Shown here: piece by piece, positions 1 through 12,700 of the stretch | Numbering within the stretch: the stretch's first letter is position 1 | Layout of the letters: each line of letters begins with the position of its first letter | The notes under the pieces: generated by a model | Database searches by the model: none | The model's input: the letters and a program-made list of their open reading frames with translations, nothing else | What the model was told of the DNA's origin: nothing | Source: Mytilus edulis | Taxonomy: Eukaryota | Assembly: GCF_963676685.1 (NCBI RefSeq) | Contig: NC_092346.1 | Span: 70,494,001-70,558,000 of the forward strand | Direction of reading: 5' to 3' | DNA length: 64,000 bases | Translations under genes and position numbers: made by a program

Positions 1-738
1 AAGTACAATGTAAAGTAAATAGTTGAGCTTGTTCGGTTGTTAATAAATAAAATGAATATATAGCTTATCTGCAAATAATGGCAAATTATTAAGAACAATA
101 ACAATGCAATAAAGATATTGTTTAAACGTTTTTGAAACATCGGCGGTAAGGGTGTATCACAGAATTTCACGCTTACTTAACCTGATATATGTACAAGTAA
201 GAGGCTAAGTAATTAGTGATCGTTCTCGTTATAACATCTGTGTTTTCTACATTATCACTAGGCAAAAAGCTTCTAATTTAATGATAATCATGCAATGTTG
301 ATGATCGTTCCGTTTTCTGGTTTCTACGATAACAACAGTCGATGGCTTCTATTCAATAAACGATTTATTATTGTGATTAAAACTTCAGTAAATAACAATT
401 TTTCAAGTTAATCTGAATTTTAATAACTGTTCTATCTTAATCAAAACGTCATTAAACCTTCAACGTGTGTTTATCGGTTAAGCGTTGATTACGGTAATAC
501 ATATGGACGTAATGATTTCTATCTGCACTAATCACTGTCTATGTCTTGACGATCTATATTGTTCTCCTCATAACTAATACACGGGCAGAGGAAACGTGTT
601 ATGTTCTCCAGGATTTTTGTCATTGTTTACGATAAATCTTCAATATAGATGATTCCTATGTAGGAAATCTATAACAAAAAAAAGTATATATTCATCAAAG
701 AAAACTAGGAAATTTAATTGAAACATATATACATTCAG

Positions 739-741
739 ATG
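739..741 (+). CDS. Calmodulin-like exon 1 (initiator ATG only)
   Basis: cagATG|gtaagt has a perfect donor right after the ATG, the typical calmodulin first-exon end. It is the best such site I saw upstream of exon 2. Confidence 0.6.
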
Positions 742-3700
742 GTAAGTGGATTTTAATCACTTCTTTATTCTATTACACAAACATGAAATTACAAGTAAAT
801 GCTTGTTAATTTGTTGTAGTTAATGTTTATATGAATGAGAACATATTTGCTCAAGATGCGGAATAAATAAATGAACATCCATCATGGCACGATTTTCTAC
901 CTGATATCACGATTTGATTACATATCCACGTCGTTTATCTAAAAGAAAATGCACATTCTAGTGAATTTAAGTATAAGGTTATTATCAGTCAATAATGGGT
1001 TCAAAGATCTCTTTGTTTGTTCTTAGAAGTGGTATACATTGCTATAATTAAGTGCAGTTGTAAAAGGTGTAATACACGAGTATACATTTCACCAACAATA
1101 ACTTCTCTGAGATAGTAATTTTAATATTTTATTTATAAAAACTGGCTATGGCCGGTCTATGTAAGTGTCGGAACTCTGTTTCTGAGATTTTATGTTCTGT
1201 TTACAACTGTTGACACAGAAATATGTCACGTCTGTATGTAATTTTGGTACCAAGATGTAAATATTGAGTTCATTACCTTAACATATAAACTATCATGCAT
1301 AATATATAAAATTAATAGACCCTCACCACTACTGAAGGTACAGGGTTAAATAATCTCTGTGAAAATGAGATATGCCAATGCTAATACAACTGCATACCAA
1401 ATGCTATTGACTAGCTAAAATATCCAAACATCAAAGAAATGTAAATTAAATGTTTGTCTTAAACGTTTTACACATGTTCAATTGGTTCAAATGGTACACT
1501 TTATTTGTTGTCAGAAACGCAAGCGTCATTAGGTGTAATATCCATAAAAGTTCTATTTAGACACAAGTATATATAATCTCGTAAAAGATTCTTCGTTTTA
1601 TAGAAATGAATATTGTAGGGATTCATTAGCATCGTACTCTGAAATTTGTTATGCTTTTATCTATTTCAGTTGCATGATACGAGACATATGTTGGATATAA
1701 AAACTATTTGATTGTACAATCTTTTAAAGGACTTCTCCATCATGTTTTTCCTTCTCAATTTAGAATAAATATTGTCTGTTAAACATTATATAAGCCCATA
1801 ATTATAATAACAATTCAAGGAGAGGGATATACTAGTAATCAACAAGTACTAAACATTTTAAAGATGACGTGTATCAGGGCCTTTCTATACTTAGTATAAA
1901 AAGGCCCTGCTTGTATTAAAAAGCTTTGAATGCCTCTAAGTCACTTCCATCCATTGCATTGCTTCGCATCACGGTGCACACTATTAGTTTCATGCGATAT
2001 TCACGATATATACCTTGGAATAATATCGTAATTTTTTTTATTTGGATGGTAAATTCAATGACATTTAGTGGAAAACTTCGTTCGTATTTTTCAACAGGAT
2101 TATATAGAGAGAATATTTTGGCTTAATAGCTGCAGATTTTGTCGATTGATAATGCAAATAAACAAATCTACGATAAGATCGGCAATGTAAGTCCTCCCGG
2201 GAAAACCAATCAATCTATTATAGCTTACTTTCCCATCAAACCGTAAATAAATATCATCTACCAAAACTAACCACTGCTACTATTTCTATGCATGTTTTTG
2301 TATTATATCGGAGAGTTGTTACAAAAAAGAAGAATTGTATATATATTTTTTTTTAAAAGATCATATTTTTTAATAAGAAAAAATCTGTTTGATTGTGCAC
2401 GTTCTTAATTCTGTAATGATCATACATGAATGCATTTAACTGATTGTAATCAAGTCTCAAGAAAAAATCTTTATCTAAATCAATGCATCATTGCTTTTTG
2501 ATAACCATTTGCTCCTTAATTCTTTTCATTTTAAGAGTACATCTATTGCTTGAGCAATAAGTGTCCTTAATAGTTATCCCACAAGGACGCAGTGTGTCAG
2601 TGTAAGATCACCCCGATGGCCGGAGGCCAGAGGGTGATCTAACACTGACACACCAAGTCCGACTGGGATAACTATTTTACATCCCAGCTGTTTTAGATTA
2701 GACGAAAAACTATTTACAATTCATAAAATATAGATTAGAACGCCACACAACCATAACAATATACTTTATATATTACTATATGATGTATACCCTTTTTGAT
2801 CCCCAAACACGATGAGTAGATATCAAATAATGTGAGCTCGCCCCACTTGCCAATCGGCCCACACTATAACGCCACTTTATAAAAATATCGTCCCACTCTT
2901 GTTCACCGACTTGCCCCACTTTGAAAAAATGTAAAATCAAATTGAACAATCAGTCTGAAAACTCACTAATTAACGAAAAAGGTTAAAACCCCACTGAATA
3001 AAGGTCTGACAACTCGCCCCACTTATAAAAAGATCTTGCTTCCTTTAAGTATGTCAAATTACTCTTATTTCGTATCCAGTCGTCCTGGTGCAGTGGTATG
3101 TGTCGTGGCCTGATATGGTAAAGGTCTTGAGTTCGAATCCCAGCATTTACACTGGATTTTTTCTACGTGAATTTTGATAGATAGTCTTTTCCGTATAATT
3201 AATTATACATGTGTAAGTTTTATAGTGGATTTGTTACAGAACAAAGGAAAGCATGCATAACAAAGAAACTCAAACTGGGGTGATCTGGTAGTGGTGATCC
3301 GGCTCAGATCACCCCTGTAAGAACAAAGGAGCTGGGATGTAATTAAATTGAGACAAAACTTTTTATCACCTATTGACGTAAAGTAATTAATTAGTTGGTG
3401 TATTGAACAATTACCACCAACGCTTACCAACATTAGTATTCATTTTTGCATTAAAGAAAAGGGCAAAATAACAGTATTTTATGTAACTGTCACTACCAAA
3501 CGATTGCCGAACAATAAAAATATGTACACGAAATTACTAAATTTGATACGGTCTTATTTAACCGAGAAATGAAAAGAGTCCTTTAATCTAACGTAATGTT
3601 ATCCGTATGTTATTCAATTAAAAATTGTGCATAAAGCCGTTTGTCCGTGTACACCTCAGATTTACGCCTACCTATTAGCACCTTTACCCTGATCAAATAA

Positions 3701-6700
3701 AACGAGTTATTAAAATAAAATCTCGAAAATACGTGAGAATACAAATTTCAACATTTAAAACGTACGAAGTCATAAGCCTGACATTTTTTTCTCTCAATTA
3801 TTCTAATTGCAGGAAATAAAATAAATAAAGTCGTGTACTAATGAATTTAATTGGACTAAACTATGTACTTATTCAAAGTAATAATGCCGTCTATGAATAC
3901 TTATATCCCTATACTTTATATCTATTTGGAAATATCAAAGAGTTAATAAAGATCATTGGTCGAATCATTGAAGTTGTTCACAATTTATTAAATCTTGACT
4001 CTTATGCTATATGGGTCTTTTTGTTTTGACATATGAATTGTGTGGCGTGTATGGATTGTTTTGTTTTAAATGTATGTATATAACTTTCATTTTGCTTTCA
4101 TTATATTTGTTTCTTTGAATTAAATTATGAATTTTAAAGTAATTGACGAGGCTCGGACTTTAAAATTGATAATCAAACTATCTCGATTGGATAAATCCGA
4201 TAATCCACTGGTACCGATGTAAGAATCTATATTTATACATTGTATCATCAGTGATTGGAAAAGATTTGTTTTGTGTGATTGACTATCTTTGCCAAATACT
4301 TTGTGATTTGACGATGGTACCATACTCCTGGTAGTTGATGCTCCAGTTCTGGCATGATTTAAACAAAACAATCTGTTTGTACGTTTTCAGTTCATAGGTA
4401 TAAGAAGATTTGGTATGAGTGCCAATGAGACAACTCTCCATTCTAGTCACATTAGTAAAAATTAAACCATTTATTTATACATCAAAGCACGGCCTTCAAC
4501 ACGAAGCATTGGCCCACACCGAAAACAAGGGCAATACAAATTACTAGTGTTAAACCATTCGAACATGAAAACCAACGGTATAATATATATAATACGATAA
4601 ACACATATGAACCACATCAACAAACGATAACCACGGAATGTATTTCATAAATGTATTTGTATTGAAGGTTGCAACTCCCTCAAGCAAAGTTTATCGTAGA
4701 CGGATTTTATGTTCCCAAAAGTTATTTAGGAGGGGCAGATTAATTTTGGTCGTTTTTGATTTTTTTCATCGGCTTTGTTCGTTTTCGACCTATGCCATTG
4801 AACCTTTCGCCTCCCTTGTATTTCAAGTTTTTTTTCGAAAGAATGAGCCAACATGGTTTGGTGCAATGTTTATTTATGTTTCTTCAACGATGTCATTACC
4901 TCTGCATTGTTTTGAGATTCATCTGATATTTTTCGTTGCCATAGTTTCAATATGATTACAATAATTTGTACTAATTACTAGTAATTAGTGTTTATGCTAT
5001 AATACACAAGACAAGTACTATGTCAGTATTGTTTGGCTTGATATAACCTCCAGAAACCCTCATGATTATCTTAATCTTCAAAAAATAAATGTGATAGATT
5101 GATCTAACAGATGCCAAATTTTTTCATCAAGGTTGATCAGATGTTTTAAGTTCTCCATGAATTCATATAACAATCTGCTAAGCTTAAGCATTGAAGAAAT
5201 CCTGAATCTGTTAATCACATCTACTATTAAACATTGTTTTCTGTCCATTTTTTTCAAAATCAATTCATCAAATTTTAAATCGAAACTCGGCTTTTTATTA
5301 ATTAGTTTTTTAACAAGTTAAAAAGTTATTAGAAATAAAAGTCAACTTATATATGACAAACTTTCACATCCTACCATATGCAGGACAAAATTGGAAAAAA
5401 TAGAAAATGAACTTTCTTAGTTTTACATAAAATAGGTTTTTCTAGAAAAAAAATATATGTTCATGTCAGTCTAGAATAAATGGTTCTTACGTGTCCTATA
5501 CTGCTTAAATCATTATTATTAGCTTTGTTGCACAATAATGGCTTAAAACTGTGTAAACTTACGACCGTCATTATTTGTTCAGGGGGCGGCAAGAGCAAAC
5601 ACAACTGCAGAAAATCTACTTTTGGGAGAATTCGGAGAACGTTGCATGAATCCACATTTTAACAAATAGAATGTTGAGGTATATATATGATTACGTAATG
5701 GCGATGAAGTAATTTGCTTGTTATCGTAATATATAAATACAGATTTGTTAAAAAAAAAAAAAAAAAAAGAAGATATACAATAAACAAATGTACAAGTCTT
5801 AAGTACATATTGATACTCACAAATATTCTACATTTAGGATCATGAAGAATTACAGAACGTTTTAAGGAGACACAGAGAGAGATACGGTCTTCAGTGTGTT
5901 CGTTCAATTGAATATTTTTTTCACTATATGAAGACAATATTACCATACGTGCATTTTATCCTATTTGAAAATATAAATAGTAAACGTTATTCAGAATATT
6001 ATGGAAAAGATCCTCAGCATAGAATTATATTGTCAGTTTTTAATTGTATCTCAATTAATGATCATTAATAATTGGGCATCAGGCAAAGTAACAGTGCAAT
6101 CATCAATCCATTACTAAGTGATACAATATTTTAGACTATGTTATTATAATATAATAACTAAAATAAAGGATCATACTACAATCATGTCAGATAGATCTAC
6201 TACATATCTAGACTTGCACATAGATATTGGCAGTCCGAGCCGGGGGATATACAGAAATTACTCATCTCCCCATAGACAACATGACTTATCTATATAGAAA
6301 TATTCTAACAACACCTTCATATGGGAAGGAATTTTCTAGTTTATAAAAAAGAGTAAAACAAATATCTTGCACATCCGTACAACGCCATTAAATATAAGCA
6401 ATACCAAATATACAACACATGCAGATCATACCGTGACTTAAGAGGGTTTGTTATCCTCTGTTCACCATGATCGCACTAAACTGTTTTCCGTATAACAAAG
6501 CTAAATTAACTACTTAAAGAGGCCAAAACACTCCTGTTATTGATACACATTCTGCTAGGTAAAGAATTTTTGTTGTAATGATTATGGATGTTGCTGTTCA
6601 CAGGATTAATAGAGGGGAATTTTATAACAGGTTTGACTGTTTTTCTAAAGCAAAAGATGACAAGATATATCAGTGATAAGAATTTTGGATCATATAAATG

Positions 6701-9700
6701 ACAACAATATATTTATACTTGTGAGATACTAAGACTCTTCTACCTCAGGAATATATTATCTTATAAACAGTATTTGGAAATACTTATAGGAATTTTTGGT
6801 CCTCAATGCTCTTCACCTTCGTACTTTATTTGGGCTTTTTAACTTCATTGTATACGAGCGACACTGATGAGACTGGTGTATAGACGAAAGCGCGTCTGGT
6901 TCAAACTCAAAATCAAATCCTAAAATCTATGATGATTTTCTGTCCATCAAAAGCAGAAAACGGTACTTGAGTAATTCAACTAAAAACTACTTTTTCATAT
7001 ATTTAAACATAACCCATTGCCATCTGACAATTTTCCAATGAGCAAGAATCAATATTCACCTTTTCATTTTGTGCAATTGAAAAGATGAATGAGGAACGGA
7101 TAATTTGAAAAAAACGGGTTTCCAATGAAATAGTTGTATTAACTTATGAAATTTATCATAACCGAATGACGAAAATGAAAATATAAAAAGTGTATATATT
7201 GAATTTGTTCCTGACATGATACAATATGAACGATAAGAATCTGATGATTGCCTTATGTAAGAGTTGTCAATGTCAATTGATATGTTAGGTAAACAATATG
7301 CATATGGTATTTACGATAATAAATATCGAGTTTTCTGTGACATTTATGTCATATTGCTTTTAGTCTTGATGACTTTCACGCACAGAATTTAATCACAGAT
7401 TATTTTATAACGAATATAATAGACCATAAACAGAAACCCAAAGTATGTTGCTCTAATAAGGAACATTTAAGTATATTTTTTTAACACATTGACCGAGATA
7501 CTCCGGCGTAAACATGTCGCATCGTAACTTGAGAACGACTTACCTAAATTTCATGAAACTTAATATAAATATTTTTATGATGGTCAAATGATCTGTTTAC
7601 TTTTTGGTGAAAATAAAATTTAAACTTTTTGAATTACGGCACTTTGTAACTAAAACAGGGGCGTGGTTTTTTTTCACATGTCGCACCGCATCTCAAAAAC
7701 GATTCTTGATTATTGCTTAAAACTTTACACACTTCTTAATTATATTAATCTTAATATCTGTATACTTTTTGGTGATGATTCAAAAGTTCATTTTTGAGTT
7801 ATTGAGTATTTTGTAAAAAAGGGGGAGGGGGTTTTTACATGTCGCGCCGTATCTCAAAAACGATTTATGATTATTGCTTAAAACTTTACACATTTCTTTG
7901 TTATATTAATCTAAAGATCTGTATACTTTTATGTGATGACTCAAAATTTTATTTTTGAGTTATTGAGTATTTTGTAAAAAAGGTGAGGGTTTTTATACGC
8001 CCGTCAAAATTTTGACGAGACGTATTATGGTATACAAATGTCCAGTGTCCGTCCGTCTCTCTGTCCGTCTCTGTCTGGCGTTAACATATCGCACCGTAAC
8101 TTGAGAACGAATCATCCAAATTTCATGAAACTTAATAAAGTTGTTTCTTATGATGGTCAAATGATCTGTATACTTTTTGGTGAAAATAAGATTAAAACTT
8201 TTTGAGTTACGGCACTTTGTAACTAAAACAGGGGTGTGGTTTTTTTTCACATGTCGCACCGTATCTCAAAACGATTCTTGATTATTGCTTAAAACTTTAC
8301 ACACTTCTTTGTTATATTGATCTAAAGATCTGTATACTTTTTGGTGATGATTCAAAATTTTGTTTTTGAGTATTTTGTAAAAAAAAGGGGAGGTTTTTTG
8401 TTTACATGTCGCGCCGTATCTCAAAAACAATTTCTGAATATTGCTTAAAACTTTACACACTTCTTTGTTATATTAATCTCAAGTTCTGTAAACTTTTTGG
8501 TTTTGATTCAAAATTAAATTGAAGTGATTTTCAGTTTTTTTTTTAAAAAAGGGGGGTCACATGTACTGCACTGTCTCAAAAACAATATATGGTTATTGCT
8601 TAAAACTTTCTCAGAAACTATTTATGATTATAATTGCATAAAACTTCCACAGAAGACGTCGGGCGTATCATGCGCTCATGGCGCAGCTGTTTATTTAATC
8701 TTGAGACGCTGGTGGAGCACCTGAGCTCTTGATTTTGGTGAGGTTCGTGTATGTTTGTATTTAGTTTCCTGTATGTTTTCAGGATCTTTTCCTCGATTTG
8801 TCTTTTCCGTTCATCATCGCATTGTCTATCTTCAAGTCGGATAATATTAGTTACATAGTGTGCTAGTGACCTAATACGGTATATATGGTGTCAGTAAATT
8901 CCATATGGGTACCTTGTTATCATTCTCCCATTTTCTATCCATTGACGACATTACTCTGGTAAATAATTGTAACACTGATACAAAAACGTCCTTGAACTGC
9001 ATTTCATAATTTTCAAAGATATAAAAGATAAATAATGGCCATTTTAAACAATTAATTTTCGTTTCTCGTTTTTATATAGATTAGACCGTTGGTTTCCCTG
9101 TTTGAATGGTTTTACACTAGTATTTTTTTGTGGCGGCCCTTTATGTTGAAGGCCGTACCTAGACCTTTCAGGGTTTATTTTTTATAAATTGTTATTTGGA
9201 TGGAGAGTTGTCTCATTGGCACTCATGTCACATCTTCCTATATCTATTAATACATTTGTTATCTTGAAACCATTATAAGACCATGTATAGAGAATAACTT
9301 TGTTAGATAAACTTTATAGCTGTATTTCAAGTCAAAGTACATATCACTGTGTTGAACACTCGAATGAGTCGAATACATTTCTCAGTCACAGAAATATTCG
9401 AAAAAAATGAGCTTGGTTAATTATTTCTCGGTTGTATATTTCCAGTATACACATATACGTAACGAAAAATGTGTACTTAAAGTTAAATACTCTGATTTTA
9501 AACTAATAGAAGCTTTTGATCTGAGCCCATCTGAAAAGTGTAAATAACAAATAATTTCCAGATTCAGTCTGTCATATAAAGGAATGTGTGAGGCATTTCC
9601 CTGTTTGTTTTGTATCAAGAAAGAGAGTCTCGTCATACCAACTTTTTCTTTTTTTTTTTAAATTTCTGCTAAAAGCATGTAAGAATAATTAATATCTTCT

Positions 9701-12700
9701 CATATTTCAAATATAACGCGTTATTAATATGGGTAAATTCAGTGCTGTTAATCATTAACTATGATGTAAAAGATTTTATGTACACATAAAACGAATGAGA
9801 CAGATTCCGGATGTTTCTAGTTATATTTTGCAGTTACGGACTCAGATCGTGATAATATAATAAAGCACTCTGATTTCAATTGATTGATGATATTAATGGT
9901 TGCTTCCCAGCAAATTCTTTCTTCAATTACATGTATCGAAGATTTGTTTCATCGTATCTAAATACTGATCACAACAAACTCAATCTAGTCTTGTTACTTA
10001 TTTGGGTTCATTTCTTTTCCGAAATTGAATAACATTTGTATACCTAGATTGATTAGAAACACTGAATAAGGCAATGAAGAGAGTGGTAATGAGATGGCTA
10101 ATTTTTAAAAGGCATTCTTCCTTTATTGCTGCAGTGTAATGTCATATTTTGTTTCCAATGACCGAGGTCAACAGGATTCCTATTTTAACTGATTGGTTTG
10201 GTTTGTGTTGCTCAGTCTTCAGTTTTCTATGTTGTGTTTTTTCTGTCTTTTTTGTTACAGCCATGGCCTTGTCAGTTTATTTTCGACAGGAATCGACTGT
10301 TTTACTCGAGCATCCTCTACAATAAAGGTGCAAAGCTACTAAAAAAAATCGTCACATCCGGTTTTTTTATAAAATAAGTAACAAAAAGTTATTCATTTGT
10401 TTACTTTTTGTTTCGTTAAATATTTTTAGTAACCTGAGATGACCTTGTAACTTATGCTTGCAAACAGTGAAAACGAGAGTAGAAACTTTCAGCGAGGATT
10501 ATTATTCTTTATGCAATTAATAGAGGTTAAATTATTTGCTGTATAACTAGTACTAGAAAGAATTAATTAAAATTTGAAATTTACAGTTTCTTATAAATGA
10601 AACAAAGGTCAACTCATTTCCCCCTATTTTGGACCATAAAAGTAACCCTTTGATAGGTAAATATGTATGAAATGATACAATAATAAATAAATGATACGTA
10701 AAGCAACTTTGATTGAAGGGGAACCATTTTTTGTACCTCCACAGAACCTACTGAAAACTGAAGTTTAACATAAAACTTGCTGGAAAGTCTAAGGGTTCAA
10801 ATAAAATTGATATGGAAAATTCATTCAGCTTGAACACTTTAGTGACATATTAAATAATTACATTTATTGATTAGTATAAATGAACAATACAAGAACTATT
10901 GTTTCCTTATCAGCGTTATGATGATGGCAAGATGAATATTTGGTTATTTCCTGATCCTCGCTGCTACAATTTATCATGCTGTGGTGTTCCAGTGACGTTT
11001 TACATGTCTTTTTTTTCGAAGTTTTGATTTTAAAATTGAAATTATAGATGGGTTTTTTTTTAGCAGTTATCAAAAAATGAAAACAAAATGGAATAAATTC
11101 CATACATCTAAAGCGCTTGTATTGATTTACCTTTAAATGATGAAAAAAAACGTATTTTAAATGAAAAAAACATAAAATCAGGAGAACAATGAATAGATAT
11201 GACCTGACACAATTCAGCACTTTCTATGTGTTATTGCTGTTGTTTGTAAGATATTTGTTTTAGTTCAGTATTTTTGTGATTTTCTTTTTTTTTAACTTAA
11301 TTTAGAGATTGGTGTTTTCATTAGTCTCTGATGATATCACAAGCTGAGTAGTCAGTATTTCGGTACTGGCACGATTTAAAACAATCTTTCTAAAATTGTT
11401 CGTTTATAAATTTTGAAATTATAAAGGAACCAAGGTTTCAACTTTCTCCTGCAAAGATTACCTTAGATGGACATGACTATTTTTAATCTCCTTTTGTGGT
11501 CAAATAGCTGCTCAACTGGTTCCTTTCTGGAGTTATTGTCTCACATATTGTCGAATAGCATGAAAACATACTTTACCCTAAGATATTGAATGGGTTTCTT
11601 AGTTTCCAAAGGTCAAGATTGCTATACATTTCAGTTTTTCCTTTGATCTGCCGCGACTTCACCGTGTTACATCTACAAACTGCTGTAATGTGTTTGGCTT
11701 ATGAACTATATGTTCGTATCCGTTTTCACAGAATCTGAGATACTCCAATATCAATCTTTTAATTAACTCAAAATCCTAACTTCAATTTGGAGGCTTTCCT
11801 TCAAAACTACGAGACCAACTTTGAAACTTTGAAACTTAATAAAGAAATAACACTATTTACACAAATAACTTTATATCAAAAAGTTTTCTGAAAACTATAA
11901 CCTCAATTTATCCTTTTATCCTTTTACTGCCTCCGAGGTCCCAACTGATTTGACAAACAATTATATTAAACTTAAGAACTAGTTTCAAAAATCCTAGGTT
12001 CCTGAAACACCTAGTTCTGAGACACCCAGTCTCTAAAACAACTAGTCCTGAAATGACTAGTCTCTGAAGCACCTAGTTCCTGAGACAACTAGTTTTGAAG
12101 CACCTAGTCTCCGGAGTACCTAAGTCACCAGATTATTACAAGCTATCTGTTTGAGGGACTGCGACCATTCCCGAGGGAAATTACAGTTTCGAAACAACCC
12201 GGTAGCTTGCAATAATTGTAATACTTAGTCTCCGAAGCACAAAAGTCACCAGACTATTACAAACCACCTGTTCGAGGGACTGCGACCATTCCCGAGGGAA
12301 ATTACAGTATCGGAACAACCCGGTAGCTTGCAACAATCGTAAAGACTTTAAAAACCGCTTGCTTCAAAACCACAACGCTTTCAACTTAACTAGGTTTACA
12401 AACTTCTGAATTCTAACTTCTTTATTTTCTGGTATTCCTTTTAGAAGCGATTATTATTCGTTGACACCCAAATAATAAATGACAAACTTACACAATGAAT
12501 CGGTGTGTTTATATACCAAGAGCGCGGACCTCGAAGAGAGCACCCTAGCAACAATTAACGCGTCTCATAACAACCAAGGATAAAAGAACGATTTTATATG
12601 TATTTTTCGTTAACGCATTGTTCAAACGGGTAATTAATTATAGATTATAATTCAACGATAAATTACAAATATTGTCTTATGCCTAAACTGCATTTTTGTC

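Noticed and set aside
2046-2054. Alternative ATG|gtaaat first exon
   Set aside because: Weaker donor than ATG|gtaagt at 739; cannot be excluded without RNA data
3078-3145. Functional tRNA gene
   Set aside because: Acceptor and anticodon stems do not pair; it sits inside a repeat
11985-12335. CRISPR-like look of the ~21-bp repeats in the LTR
   Set aside because: Units are contiguous and degenerate, with no unique spacers and no cas genes; eukaryotic LTR context
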